In this document: positions 1 through 9,020 of the stretch, one piece after another
Layout: each line of letters opens with the position of its first letter
Position numbering within the stretch: position 1 is the first letter of the stretch
NCBI GenBank assembly: GCA_964423445.1
Contig: CAYREQ010000002.1
Span: 1-58,640, forward strand
Length of the DNA stretch: 58,640 nucleotides
Direction of reading: 5' to 3'
From: an uncultured Candidatus Saccharibacteria bacterium
GTDB taxonomy: Bacteria > Patescibacteriota > Minisyncoccia > Phycocordibacterales > UBA9973
Notes under the pieces: generated by a model
Told to the model about the DNA's origin: nothing
Seen by the model: the letters and a program-made list of their open reading frames with translations, nothing else
Databases searched by the model: none
Made by a program: the position numbers and the translations under genes

Positions 1-45
1 GTTCGGGCGGGTTGTGTTTTTTTAGAAAAGCATTACAATACAAAC

Positions 46-651
46 ATGGAAATTTTGGGTAAAATCTTTGGAAATGGAGCTCGAGTAAAAATAATGAGAT
101 TATTTTTACTTAATAAAGGTGACAGTTTTAAAAGTAAAGACGTCGCAAAAAGGAGTCGAGTAAATTCTAGTATTACGAGCAAAGAAATAAAGCTTCTTTC
201 TTCTGTAGATTTTATAAAAAAGCGTTCAAGTACATCTGCTGAATGGATTTTTAATCCTTTATTTAAATACACTAGAGAATTTGAAGATTTGCTTATAAGC
301 TCAGATAGCTTGAATAAGCAAACTGTATTGGATAACTTTAAAAAGGCAGGAAAAGCTAAACTTATCGTAGTCTCTGGAATTTTCATAAAAAATGAAGATA
401 GTAGGGTAGACCTTCTTATAGTTGGGGATAAAATGAAAAGAAATAAGATAGAAGAGGGTGTACGTAAGCTCGAGGCAGAAATAGGCACAGAGCTAGTATA
501 TGCAGTATTTGATACAAAGGAATTTATATATAGATTAAATATGTATGACAAGCTAGTACGAGACATTTTAGATTTTCCACATGAGGTTATCTTGCAAAGC
601 AAGGGGTTTTTGGAGTTATCCACACAAGGCCTTAAAAACACTATAAAATAG
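46..651 (+). CDS. hypothetical protein, possible winged-helix DNA-binding N-terminus
   Basis: 201-aa ORF. ATG lies 6 nt after TACAAT (34-39). N-terminus 'ARVKIMRLFLLNKGDSFKSKDVAKRS' looks wHTH-like, but no firm family assignment. Confidence 0.55.
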   Translation: MEILGKIFGNGARVKIMRLFLLNKGDSFKSKDVAKRSRVNSSITSKEIKLLSSVDFIKKRSSTSAEWIFNPLFKYTREFEDLLISSDSLNKQTVLDNFKKAGKAKLIVVSGIFIKNEDSRVDLLIVGDKMKRNKIEEGVRKLEAEIGTELVYAVFDTKEFIYRLNMYDKLVRDILDFPHEVILQSKGFLELSTQGLKNTIK

Positions 652-659
652 CTTATAAT
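616..659 (+). promoter_or_regulatory. TTATCCACA-N29-TATAAT promoter module upstream of 725..1420
   Basis: Perfect DnaA-box 9-mer at 616-624, exact 29-nt gap, TATAAT at 654-659 just after the stop of the preceding CDS. Same architecture at 21719 and 25279. Confidence 0.5.
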
Positions 660-724
660 GTATATATGACTTTTATAAGGTCGAAACTTAAAAGGTTCTT
701 TTATTAATTAATTAATTTTTTATT

Positions 725-1420
725 ATGAATAATATTTGGCTTACATGGGGTGAAGTTTTTAATGCATCACTTCAAGATTTGTGGTGGGGCTTGGTTCAAT
801 TTGCTCCAAAGCTTATAATAGCTATCGTTTTCTTTATAGTTGGTTGGGTTCTAGGTAATTTGATTGCTAAAGCTTTTGAACAAGTTTTCAGTACTTTAAA
901 AATAGACAGTCTATTAAAGACTATAGGTGCAGATGATTTCTTTAGAAAGGCTGGTATGAATCTAAATACTGGTCGTTTTATCGGACAAGTTGCAAAATGG
1001 TTTGTAATCATTGTTTTCCTTCTACCATCTCTAAATCTAGTAGGATTAACTGATATATCATCTTTCTTGCAATACAGCGTATTAGGTTTCTTACCTAGAG
1101 TTGTAGTAGCTGCATTTATATTGATAATTGCTACAGTTTTGTCTGAAGCTCTATCAAAAGCTGCGACAGCAGGAGCAAAATCTATGGGCTTGAGCTCTGC
1201 AAATATGCTCGGTGCTGTAACTAAGTACGTTATCTGGGTATTTGCCTTTATAATAGCACTTGGCCAGCTAGGAGTAGCAGAGTACTACATGAGTGTTCTT
1301 TTCACTGGAATAATAGCAATGCTTGCACTAGGTGGTGCTCTTGCTTTTGGTTTGGGTGGAAAAGACCATGCTTCTAGACTTATCTCAAAGATAGGAGGGG
1401 AGATGTCACAAAGAGATTAA
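725..1420 (+). CDS. membrane protein with repeated conserved TM helices (mechanosensitive-channel-like)
   Basis: 231-aa ORF with several hydrophobic helices in repeated pattern (e.g. 'VAKWFVIIVFLLPSLNLVG', 'VTKYVIWVFAFIIALGQLGV'). Followed by a strong hairpin. Confidence 0.6.
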   Translation: MNNIWLTWGEVFNASLQDLWWGLVQFAPKLIIAIVFFIVGWVLGNLIAKAFEQVFSTLKIDSLLKTIGADDFFRKAGMNLNTGRFIGQVAKWFVIIVFLLPSLNLVGLTDISSFLQYSVLGFLPRVVVAAFILIIATVLSEALSKAATAGAKSMGLSSANMLGAVTKYVIWVFAFIIALGQLGVAEYYMSVLFTGIIAMLALGGALAFGLGGKDHASRLISKIGGEMSQRD

Positions 1421-1436
1421 TTTTATTTAAAAGGAC

Positions 1437-1476
1437 AAAAACAGCCTCAAATCCACATGGATTTGAGGCTGTTTTC
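1437..1476. terminator. intrinsic terminator hairpin
   Basis: ACAGCCTCAAATCC / GGATTTGAGGCTGT inverted repeat (1441-1472), flanked by an A-run and a T-run. Confidence 0.8.
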
Positions 1477-1506
1477 CTTATTGTTGATCAAGGCCAATAT
1501 GCATAT

Positions 1507-1534
1507 TTGACAATGTTTTTTATTCTGTTAGTAT
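1507..1534 (+). promoter_or_regulatory. sigma70-like promoter for tuf
   Basis: TTGACA (1507-1512), 16-nt spacer, TAGTAT (1529-1534). About 145 nt upstream of the tuf ATG. Confidence 0.55.
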
Positions 1535-1679
1535 GTAAGTAACTGCACTTTTGGCAGTTTTTCTATTGTTTAATTGTGTTTAATTAATTATTAGTTATTT
1601 CCCGCTAAGCGGGGGCATTAGTAATTAAGCCTTAGCGACTGGTTGTCGTACGCTTAGTCTTAATTATTAAAACAAAAAT

Positions 1680-2873
1680 ATGGCAGAAGAATTTAAAAGA
1701 GATAAGCCACACGTAAATGTGGGAACAATCGGTCACGTTGACCACGGTAAGACTACTTTAACAGCTGCGATTTTGAACGTACTTAATTTGGCTGGTAAAA
1801 CAGTTCGAATGAAGGATGTTAGTCAGATCGACAATGCTCCAGAAGAAAAGGCTCGTGGAATTACAATTAACATTTCTCACAATGAGTATGCTACTGACGC
1901 TCGTCACTACGCTCACATTGATGCCCCAGGACACGCTGACTACATTAAAAACATGATCACAGGTGCCGCTCAAATGGACGGTGCTATTTTGGTGGTTGCT
2001 GCTCCAGATGGTCCAATGCCACAAACTCGTGAACACGTTCTTCTTGCAAAACAAGTTGGTGTTCCAAAGATTATCGTATTCCTAAACAAGTGCGACATGG
2101 TTGACGACAAAGACATGATTGACTTGGTTGAAGAAGAAATCCGTGAACTTCTAACAGCTCAAGGTTTTGATGGCGCAGGTGCTCCGGTTATCCGTGGTTC
2201 TGCTCTAAAAGCTCTTGAAGCTACATCAGCAGATGATGAATGGGCAAAGAAAATTCTTGAACTTACAAACGCTCTTGATACTTATATCCCAGTTCCTGAA
2301 AGAGATGTTACAAAGCCTTTCCTTATGCCTGTTGAAGACATATTCTCAATCGAAGGCCGAGGTACAGTGGTAACAGGAAAGATTGAAAGAGGAGTAGTAA
2401 AGGTTGGAGAAGAAGTAGAAATAGTTGGAATCAAAGACACTCAAAAGTCTGTGGTTACAGGTATTGAAATGTTTAACAAAAACCTACAAGAAGGTATGGC
2501 TGGAGACAACGCTGGTATCTTGCTACGAGGTCTTAAGAAAGAAGACATCACTCGTGGACAGGTTCTATGTAAGCCAGGTACTACAACTCCACACGACAAC
2601 TTTACTGCTGAGATTTATGTATTAAAGAAAGAAGAAGGTGGAAGACACACTCCTTTCTTTAAGGGATACAAGCCTCAATTCTACATCCGTACTACAGACG
2701 TTACAGGAGATGTGACATTAGCCGAAGGTACAGAGATGGTAATGCCTGGAGATACAGTAAAAATTACAGTTAAATTAGTTACTCCTGTCGCACTTGAAGA
2801 ATCACAGAGATTCGCAGTTCGTGAAGGAGGAAAGACTGTCGGAGCTGGAGTAGTTACTAAAATCATCGCTTAA
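1680..2873 (+). CDS. tuf: elongation factor Tu
   Basis: 397 aa with GTPase motifs [14 protein letters not shown] and NKCD. Full-length EF-Tu. Confidence 0.98.
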   Translation: MAEEFKRDKPHVNVGTIGHVDHGKTTLTAAILNVLNLAGKTVRMKDVSQIDNAPEEKARGITINISHNEYATDARHYAHIDAPGHADYIKNMITGAAQMDGAILVVAAPDGPMPQTREHVLLAKQVGVPKIIVFLNKCDMVDDKDMIDLVEEEIRELLTAQGFDGAGAPVIRGSALKALEATSADDEWAKKILELTNALDTYIPVPERDVTKPFLMPVEDIFSIEGRGTVVTGKIERGVVKVGEEVEIVGIKDTQKSVVTGIEMFNKNLQEGMAGDNAGILLRGLKKEDITRGQVLCKPGTTTPHDNFTAEIYVLKKEEGGRHTPFFKGYKPQFYIRTTDVTGDVTLAEGTEMVMPGDTVKITVKLVTPVALEESQRFAVREGGKTVGAGVVTKIIA

Positions 2874-2903
2874 ATAGATAATTGAGTTAAAAAAAGTTCT
2901 TTC

Positions 2904-3323
2904 ATGAAAACAACAGAAACAAAAGTAAAAAAGCCAAAAGTGGCTAAACCTGCAGTACAAAAAATACCAAAGGTAGCCAAGACTAAAACTTCTAAAAAAG
3001 AGAAGGGTGCTTCCGACAATGTTGTATTACGTATTCGAGTACGCGCATATGAATCTAAAATCATAGACGCTTCTGTAAAACAAATCATGGATACAGCTAC
3101 TCGTTATGATGCGACTATTGTCGGACCAGTACCTCTACCTACTGAAATCAAAAAATACACAGTAAACCGTTCAGCTTTTATCTACAAAAACGCTAGAGAA
3201 CAATTTGAAATCAGAGTACACAAAAGACTGATTGATATTGTAAATCCTTCCCCAAAAACAATTGAGGCTCTTACTAATTTGTCACTTCCTTCTGGAGTTG
3301 ATATTGACGTAAAGATGCTATAA
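2904..3323 (+). CDS. rpsJ: 30S ribosomal protein S10 with Lys-rich N-terminal extension
   Basis: C-terminal ~100 aa are S10-like ('LRIRVRAYE', 'GPVPLPT'). Position is between tuf and rplC. About 37 extra N-terminal residues. Confidence 0.92.
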   Translation: MKTTETKVKKPKVAKPAVQKIPKVAKTKTSKKEKGASDNVVLRIRVRAYESKIIDASVKQIMDTATRYDATIVGPVPLPTEIKKYTVNRSAFIYKNAREQFEIRVHKRLIDIVNPSPKTIEALTNLSLPSGVDIDVKML

Positions 3324-3333
3324 AAATAATTTT

Positions 3334-3948
3334 ATGAAATTTATTTTAGGAACAAAAGAAAATATGACAGAATACTTCTCCGAAGACGGGGTAGTATTTC
3401 CTGTAACTATAGTTTCTGCTGGCCCAGTTGTGGTTTCTAGGGTTTTCACAAAAGATAAAGATGGTTATGATTCTGTGCAAGTTGGTTTTGGCACTCAAAA
3501 AGAAAGTAGAGTTACAAAGAGCCGAGCTGGAGCAATGAAAGGAGCTTTCTATAAACACTTAAAAGAATTTAGAATAAAAAACGGAGAAAAAGTAGATCTA
3601 AAAGAAGGAGACAGTATTGATGTATCTGCTTTTGAACCAGGAGATAAGATAGTCGTTTCTAGTGTTTCAAAAGGTAAGGGTTTTCAAGGTGTTGTAAAGC
3701 GCCATGGATTCTCTGGAGGTCCACGTACACACGGTCAAAAACACTCAGAGCGAGAGCCTGGAAGTATCGGTGGAGGACTTAGAACACACGTTCCAAAAGG
3801 AATGAGAATGGCAGGAAGAATGGGATCTGATCGTATAACACAAAAGAATTTGAAAGTTGTTTTTGTAGATAAAGAAAACAATATTATGCTTGTGAAAGGA
3901 GCGATCTCAGGCAGACGTGGAACTTTAGTTGAAATAACTGGTAAATAA
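3334..3948 (+). CDS. rplC: 50S ribosomal protein L3
   Basis: 204 aa with 'GKGFQGVVKRHGFSGGPRTHG'. S10-operon order. Confidence 0.95.
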   Translation: MKFILGTKENMTEYFSEDGVVFPVTIVSAGPVVVSRVFTKDKDGYDSVQVGFGTQKESRVTKSRAGAMKGAFYKHLKEFRIKNGEKVDLKEGDSIDVSAFEPGDKIVVSSVSKGKGFQGVVKRHGFSGGPRTHGQKHSEREPGSIGGGLRTHVPKGMRMAGRMGSDRITQKNLKVVFVDKENNIMLVKGAISGRRGTLVEITGK

Positions 3949-3952
3949 TAAT

Positions 3953-4612
3953 ATGCAAGCAAAAATATACAACCAAAAAGGAGACGTAGCTGGGAATATA
4001 GATTTACCTGCAAAAGTTTTTGGCGCAAAATGGCGTAGTGATTTGGTGCACCAAGTAGTAGAAGGGATGCGCTCAAACAAGCGTGCTGGTACTGCGGATA
4101 CAAAGACTCGTGGAGAAGTTCGTGGAGGAGGTAAAAAACCTTGGAAGCAAAAAGGTACAGGACGCGCTCGTCACGGATCATCTCGCAGTCCTATCTGGGT
4201 TGGTGGAGGAGTCACTCATGGACCACTTGCAGAAAAGAACTACAAGAGAAAAATTTCTAAAAAAATGCGTGCGCAAGCATTGTTCTCAGTACTTTCTCGT
4301 AAACTAAAAGATAATGAAATAATTTTTGTTGATACACTAGCACCTACAGATATAAAGACTAAGGCAGCTGTTGAAGTAGTAAAGAATTTGTCTAAAGCAA
4401 GTGGCTTTAAGACACTTTCAACTTCAAAGAAACCTAGAGCACTTACTGCTTTGTTTGGACGAAGTGAAAAGACAGAAAAGAGTTTTAGAAATATTCCATC
4501 TTTGGATATAGTATTTTTGAAGAATTTAAATCCTTTAGATGTATTAAATCGTAAATACCTTTTAATAGAAAACCCAGCAGAGGCTGTAAAATTCCTTGAA
4601 TCAAGAGGTTAA
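3953..4612 (+). CDS. rplD: 50S ribosomal protein L4
   Basis: 219 aa with 'RGGGKKPWKQKGTGRARHGS'. Operon order. Confidence 0.95.
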   Translation: MQAKIYNQKGDVAGNIDLPAKVFGAKWRSDLVHQVVEGMRSNKRAGTADTKTRGEVRGGGKKPWKQKGTGRARHGSSRSPIWVGGGVTHGPLAEKNYKRKISKKMRAQALFSVLSRKLKDNEIIFVDTLAPTDIKTKAAVEVVKNLSKASGFKTLSTSKKPRALTALFGRSEKTEKSFRNIPSLDIVFLKNLNPLDVLNRKYLLIENPAEAVKFLESRG

Positions 4613-4628
4613 TTTATAAAACAAAAAG

Positions 4629-4904
4629 ATGAAAAATTTACACATAATTAAAAATCCTAGAATTACTGAAAAAGCATCTGTAGCGATGGAGAGTAATTCT
4701 TATATCTTCAATGTCAGCGACGATGCAAATAAGACAGAAATAAAAAAGGCAATTTTTGCACTTTACAAAGTTCACCCAACAAAAGTAAACGTCTTACCTA
4801 TACCAAAGAAAGAAATTTTTTCTAGAGGTAAAAAAGGTGTACGTGGGGGAGGACGAAAAGCTGTCGTTTATTTAAAGGCTGGAGATAAAATAGAAATTAT
4901 TTAG
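4629..4904 (+). CDS. rplW: 50S ribosomal protein L23
   Basis: 91 aa with 'ITEKA', in the L23-like position between rplD and rplB. Confidence 0.92.
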   Translation: MKNLHIIKNPRITEKASVAMESNSYIFNVSDDANKTEIKKAIFALYKVHPTKVNVLPIPKKEIFSRGKKGVRGGGRKAVVYLKAGDKIEII

Positions 4905-4928
4905 TTATAAAAAGGAGTTTACAAAGAA

Positions 4929-5768
4929 ATGAAAAAATATAAACCTACAAGTAAATCAAGGAGACAAATGACGAATATCAATTACCGTGATATTTTGACT
5001 AAGACTACTCCTACAAAGTCACTGACTCATGGATTCAAGCGTTCTGTCGGACGAAACAGTGCTGGACGTATCACTATGCGACACAAAGGTGGTGGACACA
5101 AGCGTCTTTTCCGAGAGGTGGACTTTTTATATAACAAAAAAGATATTCCAGCAAAAATAAAATCTATAGAATACGACCCAAACCGTTCAGCATTTATCGG
5201 TCTTGCTGTATACAAAGATGGAGAAAAGAGATATGTGATATTACCACAGACAGTAAAACCAGGAGATGATTTTCTTGTATCTGAGAAAGCTCCACTTACA
5301 CCAGGAAACAGACTACCATTAAAAAATATTCCAGTTGGAACATTTATTTACAATATTGAATTAAAGCCAAATGGTGGTGCAAAAGTAGGACGAGGCGCAG
5401 GAGTATTTGCTCAAGTAGTAGCAAATGACAAAGGATATACAAATATAAAAATGCCTTCTTCTGAAGTTCGAAAGGTAAATGAAAAATGTTTTGCTTCTAT
5501 TGGCTCTGTGTCAAACGAAGAACACTTTTTGGAAAACTATGGTAAAGCTGGACGAAGTCGCTGGAAGGGTATACGTCCTACAGTCCGAGGTACAGCCATG
5601 AATCCTGTAGACCACCCATACGGAGGAGGTGAAGGACGACAAGGCCGAGGTACAAAGAGACCAAAGACTATGTGGGGTAAAGTGACTGGTGGCCGAAAGA
5701 CCAGAAGTCCAAAGAAATATTCAAACGTATTCATCGTTTCTCGCCGAAAGACAGGAAAGAATAAATAA
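4929..5768 (+). CDS. rplB: 50S ribosomal protein L2
   Basis: 279 aa with 'RHKGGGHKR' and 'MNPVDHPYGGGEG'. AGGAG lies upstream. Confidence 0.97.
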   Translation: MKKYKPTSKSRRQMTNINYRDILTKTTPTKSLTHGFKRSVGRNSAGRITMRHKGGGHKRLFREVDFLYNKKDIPAKIKSIEYDPNRSAFIGLAVYKDGEKRYVILPQTVKPGDDFLVSEKAPLTPGNRLPLKNIPVGTFIYNIELKPNGGAKVGRGAGVFAQVVANDKGYTNIKMPSSEVRKVNEKCFASIGSVSNEEHFLENYGKAGRSRWKGIRPTVRGTAMNPVDHPYGGGEGRQGRGTKRPKTMWGKVTGGRKTRSPKKYSNVFIVSRRKTGKNK

Positions 5769-5774
5769 AAAATT

Positions 5775-5807
5775 AAAAAACACAGAGCATACAAGCTCTG
5801 TGTTTTT
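5775..5807 (+). terminator. intrinsic terminator directly after rplB
   Basis: AAAAAACACAGAGC-ATACAA-GCTCTGTGTTTTT perfect hairpin plus T-run. Confidence 0.85.
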
Positions 5808-5809
5808 CG

Positions 5810-5837
5810 TTGTGTTATTTTATTTTTATGGTATAAA
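5810..5837 (+). promoter_or_regulatory. candidate promoter of small-ORF island
   Basis: TTGTGT, 16-nt spacer, TG-n-TATAAA (5832-5837). Confidence 0.4.
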
Positions 5838-5889
5838 TTTAAATGGATTGTAATTTAATCCCATCTTAAACTACTTAGGAGATAGTCGA

Positions 5890-6051
5890 ATGGCAAAACA
5901 GCACACTTCTTCGCATGTTGCGAGGAAGGCACACGAGCACGTTTCAAAAAGAAGGGAAAAATTCGAAAACTCGAAAGACGAATTTGCCGATGACCTTAAA
6001 AAGTCAAACCGCAGAGATCGAGGGGGAAAAAAGAAAAACAGAAGGTGGTAG
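5890..6051 (+). CDS. candidate small highly basic protein (53 aa)
   Basis: TAGGAG lies 8 nt upstream of the ATG. Translation MAKQHTSSHVARKAHEHVSKRREKF...KKKNRRW. Below the ORF-track size cutoff and overlaps a track ORF in another frame. Confidence 0.3.
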   Translation: MAKQHTSSHVARKAHEHVSKRREKFENSKDEFADDLKKSNRRDRGGKKKNRRW

Positions 6052-6055
6052 CAGG

Positions 6056-6160
6056 ATGAAAAAAGAAATTCCAGAAACGGACGCCGATACACGAAAAAAT
6101 CGGTCTAAAACAAATCTCCGGACTCCTCGCAAGAGACGTACCGGTCGCCCCAATCACTAA
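6056..6160 (+). CDS. candidate small basic peptide (34 aa)
   Basis: ATG lies 4 nt after the stop of the preceding small ORF, with GGTGG upstream. Translation MKKEIPETDADTRKNRSKTNLRTPRKRRTGRPNH. Terminator follows. Confidence 0.2.
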   Translation: MKKEIPETDADTRKNRSKTNLRTPRKRRTGRPNH

Positions 6161-6181
6161 TCTGGTTAATTAGCCAGAGAA

Positions 6182-6219
6182 AATAGCTCGTCGTATTCCG
6201 GCGGGCTATTACTATTTTT
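6182..6219 (+). terminator. intrinsic terminator of small-ORF island
   Basis: AATAGCTCG...CGGGCTATT stem (one G:U pair, so specific to the + strand) followed by a T-run. Confidence 0.6.
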
Positions 6220-6247
6220 ACTCGTTATTTTTTGGTATACTGTGCTT

Positions 6248-7030
6248 ATGACATGGGCATTTAAAAGACAGATTTCTTATGTGGCTATACTTATATTGTT
6301 TTTTGGAGCTTTCGGATTTTTGATAATCTATCCTAGGTTTAATGTAGCTCCTACTTGTACAGATAATAAACAAAATGGCCTAGAGACAGGTATAGATTGC
6401 GGAGGTATGTGTGCACGAGCTTGCATGAATCAAGTAGATCAAATATCAATAATTTGGTCTAGAATTTTCAAAGTTGTCCCTGGGCGTTATAATGCAGTGG
6501 CTTATCTAACTAATCACAATAAAAATACAGCTATAGAAAAAATAAGTTATAGGTTTCGTTTTGCAGATGAAAATAATATTTATATAGGTAAGCGTGAAGG
6601 TACTACTTATGTACCTCCGTCTGGAAATTTTGCAGTTTTTGAACCAGCGATAGATATGGGTAATTCTACTCCTGTGTATGTGTCTTTTGAATTTACTCAA
6701 AATCCAGTCTGGGTTTTTGTACCAGAAGAAAAAATGAATCAAGTAAAAATATTTGCTTCAAATATAAATTTATTTGACGCAGACACAAAGCCACGACTAT
6801 CTGCAGTTTTAAAAAATAATTCTCTGTTTTCTGTGCCCGATGTAAATGTCATAGCTATTTTATATGATTCTCTGGGTAATGCAGTATCAGCTAGCCGTAC
6901 TTATGTAGATGTTTTGAAAGCTGAAGAAAGTAAAGATTTAAATTTTACTTGGCCAGAACCTTTTGATAAGACTGTGGTGAAACAGGAAATAATTCCTATT
7001 TATAATATCTTCTCAGTAAAATTAAAATAA
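6248..7030 (+). CDS. membrane-anchored hypothetical protein with Cys-rich motif
   Basis: ATG lies 6 nt after TATACT (6236-6241). N-terminal TM helix, then 'CTDNKQNGLETGIDCGGMCARAC'. Confidence 0.7.
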   Translation: MTWAFKRQISYVAILILFFGAFGFLIIYPRFNVAPTCTDNKQNGLETGIDCGGMCARACMNQVDQISIIWSRIFKVVPGRYNAVAYLTNHNKNTAIEKISYRFRFADENNIYIGKREGTTYVPPSGNFAVFEPAIDMGNSTPVYVSFEFTQNPVWVFVPEEKMNQVKIFASNINLFDADTKPRLSAVLKNNSLFSVPDVNVIAILYDSLGNAVSASRTYVDVLKAEESKDLNFTWPEPFDKTVVKQEIIPIYNIFSVKLK

Positions 7031-8161
7031 ATGGCAGAAAAGGTAATAAAAAGAATAGATTGGCTTTTAGTTCTTTTTATACTTCCTATAATTTTAGCTG
7101 GACTAGTCACAATGAAGAGCTTTTCGGCTTTGGAGGGAGGTAGTGTTTTTTTTAATAAACAAATTATCTGGGTGGCTGTTTCTTTTTTGGTTTTCTTTGT
7201 GTGTTCTTTTATAGACTTTAGATTTTTAAAGAGAACAGATGTCCTCGTCTCTATTTTTCTTTTTGCTTCATTTATTTTGTTTTTATTATTTGTTTTGGGG
7301 CATGTATCAAATGGAGCAAAAAGCTGGTTTAACTTTAGCTATTTTTCTTTTCAACCAGTAGACATGATGAAATTGGTTTTGGTCTTAATTTTAGCCAAAT
7401 ATTTTTCTAGGCGTCACGTAGAGATAGGGGATATAAAACATATATTTATTTCTGGATTCTATGCTTTTGTTCCTTTAGTTTTAGTTTTACTACAGCCAGA
7501 TTTTGGTTCAGCGATGATTATCGGTTTTATATGGCTTGGTATGGTATTAGTCTCTGGCATTAGAAAGACACATCTTTTTTTAGTTTTTGCTGGAGGGTTA
7601 TTAGTCTTTTTATCACTTTGGTTTTTTGTTTTTGCGCCGTATCAAAAGGCTCGTATTATGAATTTTATAAACCCACTCGCTGATATGCATGGCACAGGGT
7701 ATAATGCTCTTCAGTCCACTATCGCTGTAGGCTCAGGTCAAATTTTTGGTAAAGGTCTTGGATTCGGTACACAATCAAGATTAAAGTTTTTACCAGAAGC
7801 ACAGACTGATTTCGTCTTTGCGGCTTTTTCTGAAGAGTGGGGTCTCATAGGTAGCCTACTAATACTAGTATTGTATTCTTTGGTAATTTGGAGAATTCTT
7901 TACAATACGACTCTGGGTTCTTCCAATTTTGAAATTCTTTTCGGCATGGGAATGGCTATATTTTTTATGAGTCAAATATTTATAAATGTGGGTATGAATA
8001 TAGGTATAATGCCTATCACTGGTATACCACTTCCTTTTATGAGCTATGGAGGTTCACACTTACTTACTGAGTTTGCCGGGCTAGGAATTTTGATGAGTAT
8101 GCGCAGATATTCTAGAATTGCTCATAGAGATCAAATGAAAAATGAATTTTTAGGTATTTAA
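7031..8161 (+). CDS. SEDS-family FtsW/RodA peptidoglycan glycosyltransferase
   Basis: 376 aa, polytopic, with 'PEAQTDFVFAAFSEEWGLIGS' and 'LPFMSYGGS'. Confidence 0.9.
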   Translation: MAEKVIKRIDWLLVLFILPIILAGLVTMKSFSALEGGSVFFNKQIIWVAVSFLVFFVCSFIDFRFLKRTDVLVSIFLFASFILFLLFVLGHVSNGAKSWFNFSYFSFQPVDMMKLVLVLILAKYFSRRHVEIGDIKHIFISGFYAFVPLVLVLLQPDFGSAMIIGFIWLGMVLVSGIRKTHLFLVFAGGLLVFLSLWFFVFAPYQKARIMNFINPLADMHGTGYNALQSTIAVGSGQIFGKGLGFGTQSRLKFLPEAQTDFVFAAFSEEWGLIGSLLILVLYSLVIWRILYNTTLGSSNFEILFGMGMAIFFMSQIFINVGMNIGIMPITGIPLPFMSYGGSHLLTEFAGLGILMSMRRYSRIAHRDQMKNEFLGI

Positions 8162-8177
8162 TTTTTAATATAAATTT

Positions 8178-9020
8178 ATGGAAATAATTGATGGGAAAAA
8201 ATTAAGAGAAGAAATTTTAGTTAAAATAAAAGACGAAGTCGCGTCATTGCCTTTTGTGCCTGTTTTTTGTGATGTATTAGTCGGTGATGATCCTGCATCT
8301 ATGCAATACGTAAAGATGAAAGGGAATACTGCAGTATCAGTGGGTATCAAATTTCACAGTGCAAATTTTCCAGCAACTATAAATACGGAAGAATTGGTAA
8401 AAGAAATAAAATTGTTAAACGAAATACCAAACATGTGTGGAATCATAGTACAGCTACCGCTACCAGCACATTTAGATAAACAAAAAGTTTTAGATGCTAT
8501 TGATACGCACTTAGACGTAGATTGTTTGGGTACAGTATCTAGTGGAAAATTTTATAATAATGAAAACCATATTGGCTTTCCTACAGCAGTAGCCTGTATG
8601 AATATACTAGATTCTATTAATTTGGATTTGAAAGAAAAGAACATAGTAGTCTTGGGGCAGGGGGCTCTCGTCGGTAAGCCTGTCACCGCATTACTAAAAT
8701 TTAGAGGACTCAACCCAGAGATAGTTACTCGTACTACACCAAACAAAGAAGAAATAATAAAAAATGCTGATATTATAATTTCTGGTATTGGTCAGGGTAA
8801 ATATATAAAAGGAGATATGGTAAAAAGGGGAGTAGTATTGATAGACGCCGGAACATCAGAAGAAAATACAGGCATGGGCGGAATAGTGGGGGATGTAGAT
8901 CAAGACTCAGTGAGAGATGTAGCTAGTTTCATTTCTCCTGTACCAGGTGGTGTAGGTCCAGTCACCGTAGCTGTGCTTTTACAAAATGTTTTACAGGTAG
9001 CAAAAAATTCAAATGAATAA
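8178..9020 (+). CDS. folD: bifunctional methylene-THF dehydrogenase/methenyl-THF cyclohydrolase
   Basis: 280 aa with 'MQYVKMK', 'GIIVQLPLP' and 'PVPGGVGPVTVA'. Confidence 0.92.
   Translation: MEIIDGKKLREEILVKIKDEVASLPFVPVFCDVLVGDDPASMQYVKMKGNTAVSVGIKFHSANFPATINTEELVKEIKLLNEIPNMCGIIVQLPLPAHLDKQKVLDAIDTHLDVDCLGTVSSGKFYNNENHIGFPTAVACMNILDSINLDLKEKNIVVLGQGALVGKPVTALLKFRGLNPEIVTRTTPNKEEIIKNADIIISGIGQGKYIKGDMVKRGVVLIDAGTSEENTGMGGIVGDVDQDSVRDVASFISPVPGGVGPVTVAVLLQNVLQVAKNSNE

Noticed and set aside
33-641. Long antisense ORFs mirroring real genes. Examples: 33-641(-), 9896-10465(-), 11030-11692(-), 33647-34183(-), 41421-41969(-), 51441-52040(-) and 55563-56060(+).
   Set aside because: Each lies fully inside a gene with clear family motifs on the other strand. 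Their products are low-complexity Ser/Phe/Leu-rich shadows typical of AT-rich DNA, and they have no promoter or start context.
1590-1625. The CCCGC-TAA-GCGGG hairpin in the tuf leader, and the TCTCCGCC-AAG-GGCGGAGA hairpin at 57211-57229, as further copies of the ligA/pheT element.
   Set aside because: Only the short GC hairpin shape is similar. The conserved flanks (GCTTTACC..., CTCCGACACG, CAAAATTTTTC) are absent, so homology cannot be claimed by eye.
5871-6160. Track ORFs 5915-6160(+) and 5871-6092(-) as the coding content of the post-rplB island.
   Set aside because: Neither start has a ribosome-binding site or -10-adjacent context. The TAGGAG-led 5890-6051 ORF plus the coupled 6056-6160 ORF explains the signals better, though confidence in any coding call here remains low.
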